A DNA stretch of 64,000 bases from Ginglymostoma cirratum (taxonomy: Eukaryota): contig JAHRHZ010000222.1 in the NCBI GenBank assembly GCA_024137785.1, positions 29,788,838 through 29,852,837 on the forward strand, read 5' to 3'. The position numbers were made by a program, and so were the translations under genes. This document shows, piece after piece, positions 40,273-52,242 of the stretch (position 1 is its first letter; each line of letters begins with the position of its first letter). The notes below the pieces were generated by a model that had not been told where the DNA came from, made no database searches, and worked only from the letters and a program-made list of their open reading frames with translations.

Positions 40273-40712
40273 AACAATTTGTATTTATAAGCACCTCTCA
40301 CTCCTCAAGACAGCCCAAAGTGATTTACAGCCAATGAATAATTTTTGATGTGCTGTTTTGCAGCAACTGTAGCATCTAATTTATGCTTAGAAAGATGCTA
40401 CAAGTATAAATGTGATAAACCATTTACCTGTTCTGATAGCATTGGTTGAAGGATTAAGGTTGTTCAGAACATTAGAAGAAACCTTTATTTATATGTTTTT
40501 TATATTGAGCCTTTGGATCCTTTATATCCACCTGATTAGGTGAACAGAGTCTCAGTTAAATACCTTATTTGAAATGAAGTTCCTTCAAGAAAGTGGTTGT
40601 CCCTTAGCTACACTGAATTAACAGCCTAGGTTACACATCCATGTTTCATTGTAGGTTTTGAATCTATGACCTTCTCTCCCCAGAGTTATCAAATGCTCGT
40701 ACTAAGCTAAGG
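40273..40712 (-). mobile_element. Old DeuSINE-type (SacSINE1-like) element
   Basis: Collinear, diverged match to the recalled DeuSINE reverse complement: ttgtatttataagcacct..cccaaagtgatttacagccaatgaa..ttggttgaaggat..ggatcctttatatccacctga..cagcctagg..ttgaatctatgaccttct. Confidence 0.65.
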
Positions 40713-40844
40713 GGTATACGTTTCCCACCTCCGGAATTCATTATTCCATTGTTTCCTTGGCCAGCTTCCAATATAGTTTATTGCATGTTAGAAACTAGTC
40801 ACAGGTTAAATTGATACAGTAGACATTCTTACAGAGTCTTTGAA

Positions 40845-41230
40845 GGGGTTCTTGTGGTGTAGTGCTACCTTTAAGCCATGAGGTCTGGGTTCAATTCCTA
40901 CCTGCTTCAGAGGTGTGCAATAACGTCTCCAAACAGGTTGACTCAAAAATGGGTACAGAGCCTTTGTAGGGCCCTTTTGGTGCAGCAGTAGCATCCCTAT
41001 TTCTGGGTTGGGAGGCCTGGGATCAAGTCCCACCTGCTCCAGCGATATGTAATAACATTTCTGAACAGGTTGATTAGAAAATATTTTAAAGGCTTTGAAA
41101 TGCTCTTGTGGCAGAGTAATGGTGTTCCTTAACTCTGAGCCAGGAGGCCTTGGTTCAAGTTCCACCCACTGCAGAGCTATGTAATAATGTTTCTGGACAA
41201 GCGGATTTAAAATATATCTGTGGAGGCTTT
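40845..41230 (+). repeat. Three tandem ~125-bp tRNA-head (short SINE) units
   Basis: Units start at ~40845, 40969 and 41099. Each has an A-box-like tggtgtagtg/tggtgcagcag, a B-box-like ggttcaa.tcc, and a gtaataacat.tctgaacaggttgatt tail. Confidence 0.8.
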
Positions 41231-41299
41231 TAAGAGGAATAATGTTAAGTCCCAATCCTTCAAAAAGCTGATCAGTTCTTCTCACAAGTCCACGTCTCT

Positions 41300-43600
41300 C
41301 TATGATAGTGAGTGGTATTTATCGCAGTCTTCAGTGTTACCCCAATCAAACTCTAGCAGGCACATATGTCACATCTTACTTCAAAATTTCATTTCGTTTC
41401 TCAGTCTAAATACTATTCGTTTAGGCGTACAATTCCATTTACCACTATCCCATGAGTGTCTCGCTTTACAAATTCAGATGATCTGTAGATTTCACTACTT
41501 TGCCAGAAAGAGTTCTCTTTAAAGTGGAAGACTAATAGTTTGCTTTGTGGAAGACTATTGAAGTCCTCCTGATAGTCTGAGATATACAAGTTTCTTTAAA
41601 CTGGAAGACATTTAGTCACTTATATTGCTTTGTGGAGGACATCATCCCTGCTGACAGAGACAATAGCTTTTTCCTAGTATCTGTGGTCATCGGACATTGT
41701 ACCTTCTCAGTGGTGGCTTCCATGGAGTTCTAAGCACTATATCTTCAAAATGTTTCAGAAGATTTTACTTTCAGTCTGTCTGTAGATATGTGCTGAGGCA
41801 TGCAAACTTTTTAATTCAACATATTGATTGGTTTGGACCCTCTCATTCACCCCTCAGTGAGTTCATTTTATTGGTGAAACCAACGTGTTCTCTTCCTCAG
41901 GTTCTGCTACTTGAGGATTGCTTTTGACTTGGCATAATATCTGTCACAGTTACTGAGGATTCTTTCTAAGGAGGCAAGGAAATCAATCTATTTGGACTTT
42001 CCTCTTCTGAGTCACTCAGCATATAATATCAGACTTGAAACTGTCATAAATATCAATTTATTAAGCTGTACTGCACACTGAGTTATATCAGTTATAGATT
42101 TGTCAATGGGTTCAAGTGGCATATGTATTCATTGGTGATCCCATTGTTTGTTTTGTCTCACAGATCTTGCTAGATTTTAAACCTGAGCATTTTAGCCATG
42201 TTACTAATTGTGGAATACATGTGTGCCAACTGAATGCAGTCACCTGTTCCTATCTCATTGATAGTATGAAATAAATTTCTTATGCCAACATAACTAATCT
42301 CAATGGATTCTGTTTTTTGATGAATTCTACTGTCAGCCTGGGGAGTTCTATGAAATCTTCTGCTAGCTGTTCTTTGACTGGCTATGCCCTAACAGACTGC
42401 TCTTTGACTGGCTGTTCCTTGATGGATTACTTCTTACTTCATATGGTTTAGCTCCTTCCATTACTTGAAAATGTTTGAGTTCAGGGAATGCCTTCCTACT
42501 CAAGAGTGAGAATTTGTGATTTTCAAATATAGGTTTCCTGCATTTTGTGTCCCCTATATCAGAGAGTTGATTATATTTAAGCATGTATTTAATCTTAAGT
42601 GTTAAGGCCCTGGACCAAGTAATTGCATTGTTGTCAGGTGAAGACTGTGTTTTCTCAGCTGGCGGTCACTATCTGACAATATAGTGACACTTGCCCATTG
42701 ATAACACGAAATTCATGAGATGACCATTGATATAAATATGGGCTTGCCAAAATGTAAGATCTGGATCCTGTATTTCCCCTAATAATATCTTGTGTTTGTC
42801 TTCTATTGCCCAACTTCATCACCTTTTGGTGTGGGTCGCTATTGAATCTCATGATTTTCTATAATTGTGACTCCTTCTGAACATTTTCTGAAAGTAACCA
42901 ATTCTGCAAAAGCATTCACTATTAATAGCTGGGCACTGCCTGTGCCTGTGAGCTTACTTTGTTGAACCGTGCTGACAAGGACTTTGTGTCATTTGCCTGT
43001 TCTAATCACGACAGTGTTTTCTCACATGTGTCATTGGTGGTTTTCTAATTGTAAAATTAAATGAACTCTGGCGATCTTCTGTGCCAAGTTTGAGTTTCTC
43101 CTCTTAAGATTGATCTGTGTTGCTTCCAAACTTTTCCTTCATTCACCATCTGAATGGATTTCTCCAGAGTCAGGTTTTCTTGGACTGCAATAAACCCAAT
43201 AAATGTTCATCAGCAATTCCTACAATAATTTTTTTTATTATGAATTCTACTTGAAGCCAACATAAAAGCATTTATCTACTAACTTGTAGAGATCATTAAT
43301 AAAATAATTCATGTATTCTCCTGGGTGTTGAACTTTTCTATTAAATCTTGCTCTTTCAATGATTATATTAATTCTGAATTTGAAATAATTATCAAAGGTT
43401 TTCAGTCATTCTTTATAGGTATAAATTGCTTCTTTCTCTCTTGGCAAGCTGTAACATTACCAGCTATAATTCCAATTGTGTATAGGAGTATATTTAAATG
43501 TTCATTTTCTGATTTGGTATTTAATTTTGAAGCATCGTGTATCTCAGAAGTTGTTCTCTTCAAGATGTCCAATTCATCTCTGAAATTAAGTCTTCCTGGC
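41300..43600 (-). mobile_element. Degraded Gypsy gag(-pol) remnant
   Basis: The minus strand at 43150-43310 translates to FINDLYKLVDKCFY...IIVGIADEHLLGLLQSK..LTLEK, typical Gypsy Gag motifs; extent beyond this is approximate. Confidence 0.5.
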
Positions 43601-44054
43601 TTCCCCCTTCCCTAGATCTGCCATCTCCCTCCCATCTCCCCTCATATGTCTTCCTCTCTTCACCTGGCCCCTCATCTTCCCCTCCCTTTACACCTCTGCC
43701 CTGCTAGTCTCACCCACCCTCCTCCCTCATGGGAAAGAATGAACCCTGCTCTCAAATAGTAGCAATCAGTCCTTGTTGAACAGTCCATCAGACCATGCTC
43801 TTTAGTAGAAAAACAATACAAGCAACTAAAAAGGCCTTGCAACTGTCAGGGATCAGTCCGAGTGCCAAATCACTCATTGTTTCTTTGGCACTTGCAGCCA
43901 CACTGGGAATTGTGACCCACAGTTTGGGAAATCTTGGCATAGACACTGATTTCTTTCATCAAATACAGATTGGACATCAAAAATGCAATCCACTCTCTTT
44001 ATCTTCAGGCTTGAAATACAAAAATGAGGAAGAAGTGCACACTAATAACTTTGC

Positions 44055-44405
44055 CATATTCAGGTTTGGGCTGATAAATAGCAAGTAATATTCCATGCAA
44101 GAATGCTTTCCAGCAAGACAGAACCTTACCATCTCCTCCCATATTCAATGGCATTACCACTACTGAATCCCCCGTCATCAATATTCTAGGGCTATTGCTG
44201 AGTAGAAACTTTAACTGAACCAGCTGTATGAGCACTGTAGCTACAAGTACAGGTCAGTGGCTGCGGTGAATAGTTCACTTCCTGACTCCTCAAACCTGTC
44301 CACATGTTGGAGTATGTTAGAATACTCCACACTTGCCTGGATGACTGCAGTTCCAATAACACTCAAGAAAACCAACACCATCTTGGACAAAGCAAGCCAT
44401 TTAAT
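44055..44405 (+). mobile_element. Fragment of the same CR1/L2-type LINE family as 26086-28424
   Basis: atattcaatggcattaccactactgaatcc, cctgactcctcaaacctgtccac and gaatactccacacttgcctggatga parallel 27730-28010. Confidence 0.7.
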
Positions 44406-44781
44406 GTAGGTTGCTGAGCATAGGCCAGAATCAGGACCACTATGCTCAGGTCTGGAAGTCATTGTTGGTCCTCAGTTTGGGTGGTCAGGCCACTGGTCTC
44501 TAGTCAGCTGGATTTTTGGTGTGGGGGTAAGGCCCTGGGTCCAAGCCAGGAGCAACACCAGGTCATACAGTTTCTGACCCTGCCCCTGACCACATGGACT
44601 GCAGCAGTTAGAATGGAGGCTAGCTATCACCTTCTATAAAGCAACTATGAGCAACGAATGAAGGCCTCGCCCAAAACTCGCACCACATTTAACAATTTTT
44701 GAAAAGTGCATATTTCAGATGATATCCTAAACTATCAGCTAAATCATTATAACTCTTGGAAACATAACAATCTAGTATGAT

Positions 44782-46943
44782 AACAAGGTGTCGAGCTGGA
44801 TGAACACAGCAGGCCAAGCAGCATCAGAGGAGCAGGAAAGCTGAAGTTTCGGGTCTCGACCCTTCTTCAGAAATGAGGGAGGGGAAGGGGATTCTGAAAT
44901 AAATAGGGAGCGAGGGGAAGGTGGATAGAAGATGGATAAAGGGGAAGATAGTTGGAGAGGAGACAGATAGGTCAAAGAAGTGGGGGTGGAGCCAGTAAAG
45001 GTGAGTGTAGGTGGGGAGTTAGGAAGGGGATGGGTCAGTCCAGGGAGGACGGACAGGTCAAGGGGGCGGGATGAGGTTAGTAGGTAGGAGATGGGGGTGG
45101 GCTTGAGGTGGGAGGAGGGGATAGGTGGGAGGAAGGACAGGTTAGGGAGGCTGGGATGAGCTGGGCTGGTTTTGGGATGCTGTCGGGGGAGGGGAGATTT
45201 TGAAGCTTGTGAAGTCCACATTGATACCATTGGGCTGCAGAGTTCCCAAGCTAAATATGAGGTGCTGTTCCTGCAATCTTCGGGTGGTATCATTGTGGCA
45301 CTGCAGGAGGCCTAGGATGGACATTTCGTCCAAAGAGTGGATGGTGGAGTTGAAATGGTTTGTGACTGGGAGGTGCAGTCGTTTGTCGCGAACCAAACGT
45401 AGGTGTTCCACAAAGCAGTCCCCAAGTCTCCGCTTGGTTTCCCCAATGTAGAGGAGGCCACATCGGGAACAACGGATACAGTATACCACATTAGCAGATG
45501 TGCAGGTGAACACCTGTTTGATGTGGAAGACCTGGGATGGGTGTGAAGAGGGAGGTGTAGGGGCAGGTGTAGCACTTCCTGTGGTTGCAGGGAAAAGTGC
45601 CAGGGGTAGTGGAGCTGGTGGGGAGTGTGGAGCGGACAAGGGAGTCCCGAAGAGAGTGGTCCCTCCGGAAAACAGATAAGGGTGGGGAGGGAAAACTGTC
45701 TTTGGTAGTGGGGTCAGATTGCAGATGGTGGAAGTGCCAGACGATGATGCGTTGGATCTGGAGGTTGAGGGGTGGTAGTGAGGATGAGCGTTTTGGTTGT
45801 TATTGAGGGGAGGGGACATGAGGGATGAGTTGTGGAAAATACGAGAGACATGGTTGAGGGCGTTATCGACTACTGTGGAGGAGAAGTTGTGGTCCTTGAA
45901 AAACGAGGACATCTGGGATGTCCGGGAGTGGAATGCCTCAACTCAGGAGCAGATGCAGCGGAGGCGAACGAATTGGGAATAGGGGATGGCATTTTTTCAG
46001 GAAGGTTGGAGAGAGGAGGTGTATTCTAGGTAGCTGTGGGAGTTGGTAGGCTTGAAATGGGTATCGGTTTCCAGGTAGTTGACAGAGATGGAAACAGAGA
46101 GGCCCAGGAAGGAGAGAGAGGTATCAGAGATGGTCCAGGTGAACTTAAGGTTGGAGTTGAAGGTGTTAGTGAAGTGGATGAACTGTTCGAGCTCTGCGTG
46201 GGAGCACAAGGCGGTGCTGATACAGTCATCGATGTAATGGAGGAAGATGGGGGCGATAGGACCAGTGTAGCTTTGGAAGAGGGATTGTTCCACGTATCCT
46301 ACAAAGAGGCAGGCATAGCTTGGGCCCATGCGGGTACCCATGGCCACCCCCTTTGTCTGTAGGAAGTGGGAGGAATTGAAAGAGAAGTTTTTAAGGGTGA
46401 GGATGAGTTCAGCTAAGTGGATGAGTGTGTCAGTGGAGGGGGACTGGTCGGGCCTGCGGGACAGGAAGAAGCGGAGGGCCTTTAGGCCATCTGCATGGAG
46501 AATTCAAGTGTATAGGGACTGGACATCCATGGTAAAGATGAGGTTTTGGGGACCAGGGAATTGGAAGTTTTGGAGGAGGTGGAGGGCGTGGATGGTGTCA
46601 TGGACGTAGGTGGGGTGTTCCTGGACCAAGAGAGAGAAAATGGTGTCGAGATAAGTGGAGATAAGTTCGGTGGGGAAGGAGAAGGCAGAGACAATGGGTT
46701 GACCAGGGCAGACAGGTTTGCGTTTTTGGGAATGAGATGGAAACAGGTAGTGCGGGGTTGGGGAATGATGAAGTTGGAGGCTGTGGGCAGGAGGTCACCT
46801 GAAGTGATGAGGTTGTGGATGGTCTGGGAGATGATGTTTTGGTGGTTGGGGGTGGAGTCATGATCAAGGGGGCGGTAGGAGGAGGTGTCGGAGAGTTGGT
46901 GTCTGGCATTGGCGATGTAGAGGTCAGTGTAGAGGTAGAGGTC
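44782..46943 (-). mobile_element. Penelope-like retroelement (RT + GIY-YIG endonuclease), 5'-truncated, with 12-bp TSD
   Basis: Minus-strand peptides AMGTRMGPSYACLFVGYVEQ and FLHYIDD (46225-46236), then CTSANVVYCIRCSRCGLLYIGETKRRLG..F.EH...LGTLQPNGIN; frameshifted; flanked by atctagtatgat at 44770-44781 and 46944-46955. Confidence 0.93.
44839..44873 (-). ncRNA. Candidate minimal type I hammerhead ribozyme in the PLE pseudo-LTR
   Basis: The minus strand reads UUU-CUGAAGA-A-GGGUC-GA-GACCC-GAAA-CU-UC-AG: both catalytic boxes flank a 5-bp stem II. Stem I is not evident. Confidence 0.55.
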
Positions 46944-47549
46944 ATCTAGTATGATGATTTGTGTGCTATCCAGCGGGCCTATCTGTTGGCATTTAAAGCT
47001 GCCATTGTGACTTTCCCAGACCAACCTCGCAGTTTGAAGTTTTGATCCACTTTTGTCAGAAGGTGGCAAAGAACCAGAGCCAACGTGGTCCTTCTTTAAA
47101 TCTAGAGATTGTGTTCTGATAACAACACTGTGCCTTAATGGCAATTTTAACTGGTCTGAACGGATCAACTTTCCCAGCAGATAAAGACAATGGGAAGAGG
47201 ATCAAAGCCTGGAACTAATCTGTCAAAGGTCCCTGTTTTTAACTTCTCTCTTTCTTCCTTGTGTCACCAGGAATAACCAAAATGTTTCACCAGGAACAAG
47301 GAAAGCTTTACATTCCCCTTCAGTGGGCTGACCCCCCACCCAAAACACCCTCTCTGCAACTTATCTTGTTTCTCCTCTTTTTCTTTAAGAATGGAAGTGT
47401 GGCCAGGATGTGGTGAAAAAAGAAAGAGATAGAAGGACAGAAAGATAGTGACAATGAAAAATACCACTTGCTTCTGGACCGGTAGCTATCGGCTTCAATA
47501 CTGAATATTTAAAAGCTGTACAAAGGTAATATCAGTGTCTATCATTGTA

Positions 47550-48258
47550 CTGATCAGGTGGGCACAGAGGTTACAGATATAATTTAATCTGGAGCAATGA
47601 GGTAATGCATTTGGGGAGGGCAAGACAAGCTGATGGAGCGTACAATAAACGGTAGGACACTGAGAAGTGTAAAAGAACAAAGTGATCTGGGAGAGCACTT
47701 CCACAGATTCCTAGAGGTAGCAGGATAGGAACATAAAGGTGGCTAAGACAGTGTGAAGGATACATTATTTTGCTGGCCAGACCATAAATATAGGAGAAGT
47801 AATGTCATCTTAGAACTGCGAAAAATACTAGATAGGTTGAAGCTAGAATACTACATTCTAGTTCAGATCACCACATGACAGGAGGGATGTGGTTGTACAA
47901 GAGAAGATACAGGAATGGATAATTTTAGCTGTGAGGAAAGATTGGACATGCTAGCTTTGTTTACTTTGGGACAGAGCAGGTTAAGGAGATATTTAAGATA
48001 TATAAATATTATGAAGGTCCTCAGTAAAGTGAAGTGGAAGTATTTATTTTGCACAAAAGAGAGGACAATGACAGTGTTTGTAGATATATAGTAATTGGCC
48101 GAAGGATTAGAAGGGACTTGAAAAGACAGTTGAAGTTCCAAAACCAATGGGATCAAGAGTTGAGAAGTGGACTTGAGCTAAATAGCTCTTTATTGGCTGG
48201 CATAAACACAATTACCTGAGTGGCATCCTTCTGTGCTATAGTTTATTTAAGCTTCTAA
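47550..48258 (+). mobile_element. Degraded CR1 LINE 3' portion
   Basis: gaggtaatgcatttgggg, gatctgggag..cacagattcct, ctagaatact...caccacatgacaggagggatgtgg and terminal ccttctgtgctat follow CR1 order. Confidence 0.7.
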
Positions 48259-48996
48259 ATATTTTTCATTATGTATGGTGAGAGATGGGAAACAAATGGA
48301 TTGCAAACAGGCAGTACCAATGCCATCTTACCAGATGGTGATGTTGCACTCAAGTGCTGATGCTGTGGATTCAGGTAAGTATTTCAATGGAGTGGCCTAC
48401 AGAAGAAGACTGATGAGGGGCACAACAAAACGAGTGAGCAATGGTAGGCCTATGAGAGACAACCATTGTTGTCAGGGGGTCATAAAGGAACCCAGCACCA
48501 ATCTGGCACAAAGTTTTGTGCAGAGTTTGGATACCATTGCCCCAGTGTGGAAAAGGTGGCTAAATCCATTAAAACAACCAGACTACAGCATTTGATGGCC
48601 GATGCCCCAACATCCACTACAACATCAGCAATAATCTGCTGCTTCAATGATTCAGATTGAGATAATGCAAGCATATATCTCTGCCACAAAGGTTCTGACA
48701 GCTGCTATCTCAGCTGCAGATGTTAGCATTCGAAGGGCTTTGCAAACTCTCATATAATTCCAGCAACTCCTCCAACACATATGAGGATTGCTGAGGCACC
48801 ATCACACAGGAGTGGCGGTGACACCTTGGAAACAAAGCTCCTATCCTCTCAGCCAGCCTGGAATGCCAACATCAATACCAAGATGTAGCAGCCTATAACA
48901 CAGCCGTCCAGAGCCAGAGCTGGTCAAGACCATCTTGAAAATGAGCAACCATACAACCAGACATACTGCCTGTCTTGCTGTGCAGTAGCACTAGTT

Positions 48997-49376
48997 CAGG
49001 CAGCATTAGAGGAGCAGGAAAGTTGATGTTTTGGATTGGGACCCTTCTTTGGAAATGGAGAGCTGTGGCTGTAGTACCTGCTTTGCTTGTATATGTGGTC
49101 GAGCAGTTTCAGGGCTAAAGAGATTACCAGAGGGTTGCAGTGGGGGAGAGATCCACTGAGGTCTTTCCAGAGGGAGAAGGGTAACTTCTTCAAGATGGGC
49201 ATCCTTGGAAGAGGCTTTGCTGTGGGGTTATAACTCACTCAGAGATAGTAAGAACTGCAGATGCTGGAGTCAGAGATAACACAGACTCGACCTGAAACGT
49301 CAGCTTTCCTGCTCCTCTGATGCTGCCTGGCCTGCTGTGTTCCTCCAGCTCTGCACTGTGTTATCTCAAATTCTCC
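48997..49376. mobile_element. Short rearranged PLE derivative with inverted pseudo-LTR segments
   Basis: 48997-49056 (minus) and 49285-49376 (plus) both match the terminal segment of the 44782 PLE; gagataacacag (49273-49284) is inverted relative to ctgtgttatctc (49356-49367). Confidence 0.8.
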
Positions 49377-50060
49377 TTATCCCAGTCTTAAATGGATGAC
49401 CCCTGATTTTTCAACAGTCACACCAAACTCCAGATTCACCCACAAGAAGAAACATCTTTTCCATTTTCGTCCAGTCAAGACCCCAAGAATTTTACATGTT
49501 TCAATCAAGTCACCTCTTATTTTTCTAAACTCCAGCAGATAAAAGCTTAGCCTGTGCAATCTTTCTTCATGAGACAACCTGCCCAATCTAGCTATTTGTC
49601 TGGTAAACCTTGTCTGAACTGCTTCCAAAGCATTTACATCCTTCCTTAAATAAGGAGACCAATACTGTGCACAATGTTCCAAATTTATTCTAACCCTATC
49701 ACAAATCATCCACTAGGAAACATACATCCCTCACATCTTGGAACTCTGAAATCTCTCAACATTTAAATAACATACTGTATTTTTGATCTTCCTGCCATAT
49801 TTTCCCACACTATATTCCATTTTTCTCCACTCAATTAAAATATCTATATCCCTTTGTAGCCTCTTTTTGTCTTCCTCACAGCTTACTTTCCTCATGCCTT
49901 GTGTTATCAGCTAATTTCGTAACTATATCTTTGGACCCTTCATAAAAAGTTGAGATCACAGCACTGTTCCCCATTGGCACATCAGTCATTTCAACTTGCC
50001 AACTAGAAAATGACCCTTTTATGTCTACTCTGTTTTCAGTTAGGTAGCTAATCTCCCACT
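49377..50060 (-). mobile_element. CR1 LINE fragment (C-terminal ORF2)
   Basis: ORF LEHCAQYWSPYLRKDVNALEAVQTRFTRQIARLGRLSHEERLHRL...RGDLIETCKIL. Confidence 0.88.
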
Positions 50061-50894
50061 CATGCTAATTTCTTATTCCCTACACGGCATGTCTTCACTT
50101 TCCACAATAACCTTGGATTTGAAAATTACAGCACAACCACCAATTCCTCACTGTCCACAGCACATTGTATTTCCTCAAGTTAACATGACAGCTGCTGTAA
50201 TACTGGATTGAAACACAGTGTATGGTCACATACCAGTCGGTCATTGAGAGAATGAAATCCCTTTTGATTGTGGTTGACATGCAATGCCTCCTTGTGAAGC
50301 CACTTGCTTGGAAACCAACCAAAAATTTGCACAATCACAGCCAAGACCAGCTGAACTCAATCAACAACTAAACTGAAAGCATTTGATGATCCCTTTAAAT
50401 AGTCCCAAAGTGGGGGTCCTTCCTGTTGTTAAATGTGTGTGCAGCTGTGTAAGGTTAAAAAAGAGAGCTAAATAGAGCACTGACTTTAGCCTTACAGAGC
50501 TGATGTCAACTCAGCACACATCTATTGGATGCCCTTCATGCACACTAATACCCTTTAAAATGGTGCCTGGCATGGGTAGGAGCTAGATTTTGCACACATG
50601 ACAAGACAGTCACTTTGTAGACAAACTGACCCCTGTGGCAATGAAAGGCCAGGCGCTATGGAGCTGAATTTTTACTGCCTTTGTTTTTACTCAAGCCAGT
50701 AATAACACAGTTGCAGAACTAAGGTGTGCAGATGTGATCTTTGCGATGTTAAGCTAAAAGTCAGATCAGAAAAAAGCAACAAAGATTTCAATCTAATTTA
50801 ACTTTTCAGAGAATGACATAATGTTCACAGGACCAAAACAGGCCAATTAAATTGTTCATGTGATGACACTCCACACAGGCTTCCTCAACCTAGT

Positions 50895-51243
50895 GGAGGC
50901 AATGGGTTAGTGATATTATTGCTGGATTGTTAATCCAGAAGCCCAGGTAATATTTGGGGACCTGGATTTGAATCCTGCCACAGCAGCTGCAGCAATTTGA
51001 ATTTAATCAATATCTGGAATCAAGAATCTAATGACAACCATGAATTAATTGTTGGACATACCCACTTGGTTCACTAATGTTCTTTAGGGAAGGAAACTGC
51101 CATACTTACCTGGTCTAGCCTTCACATGACTCCACATCCACTGCAATGTGGTTGACTCATAACTGCCCTGTAGGCAATTATGGATAGTCAATAAATCCTG
51201 GCCTAGCCAGCAATGCCCTCATTCTGTGAATGAATAAAATAAA
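50895..51243 (+). mobile_element. tRNA-derived SINE (family A)
   Basis: ggaggcaatgggttagtg...tggttcactaatgttctttagggaaggaaactgcc...gcaattatggatagtcaataaatcctggcctagccagc...gaatgaataaaa. Confidence 0.88.
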
Positions 51244-52242
51244 CCTACATTCTTTAACTTAATCAGCATTTCCTTCTATATCTTTCCCCCTCACGTACAA
51301 ATGAAGCTTCCCCTTATAAGTATGAAAGCCCTTCATCTTATCAATGCCCTTTACTACCAAGTTCCAGATTCTGACCACTCTCTGGATGAAATAATTACTG
51401 CTATGTTTCTCACTGGACTTATTAGTGATAATTTAGGAGTGAGGTTTCTCTCTAAAGATCCCCATTTTTTCTGATTCTCCTGCTGTCATCTTCTGATTCT
51501 AACTTTCTGGAATTTCTTTAATGGTGCCTTTTCTGATCTAGTATTCCCTCAGTTTCAGAATCCAAACTGGCTCAGAAAGATGAATGTATAAAGGGTAGAA
51601 ACTGGAGGAGGCCATTCAGACGCCTTGATGTTTTTCACCATTCTTCTAGATTGTGGCAAATATACTTGTCTTGGCCCTGAAACCTTTTGTATCTTTAGTC
51701 TCTATAATTTAGCACAGCATCTGCTAAACTATGTTTCCATAAATGCACAGGCTATGTTGAACAGAAGTGACACTGAGCAGTAGGATAATATACTATTTGC
51801 TGCATGTATTTTGATTCAGTGCTTAGGGCTTGTTTCGTATTTTTGACAATTAAGTGAAAGAATCTTGGCATGTTGTGTTAAGCCAAATTTATTTCACAAG
51901 GCATTCTATTCACAGATCAAACAATGCTGGACATATGAAAGATAGGGAAGTCAGGATAGTGTGCAGGGAGTGGGCCGTTACTGTGATTGGTGGAACATTT
52001 TGGCGCTGGCTGGATCAGTTTGCTCTTATTTACCACTTCAACTTGAGACAATGGAACTGATTGTAAATACTACATTAATTTCACACCTAATCTGTTCAGA
52101 AGACTAATTTACTTCTGGACAGTAATTCTGAGATCCACGTAATCCGAACCAAGAGAAACAGCCATCATTGGTGGTTCTATTTGTCAATCCCCATGCAAAG
52201 ATGAGCAAGTCAGGTAGAATAGTTATTAATTAAAAATTGAAA

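Noticed and set aside
40845-41230. CRISPR-like array or true tRNA gene cluster
   Set aside because: Eukaryotic context; the units are diverged ~125-bp SINE-like monomers without unique spacers or complete cloverleaf stems
41505-41640. Short imperfect direct repeat (aagttt.ctttaaa.tggaagac...ttgctttgtgga.gac)
   Set aside because: Local duplication inside a decayed LTR-element remnant with no sign of function
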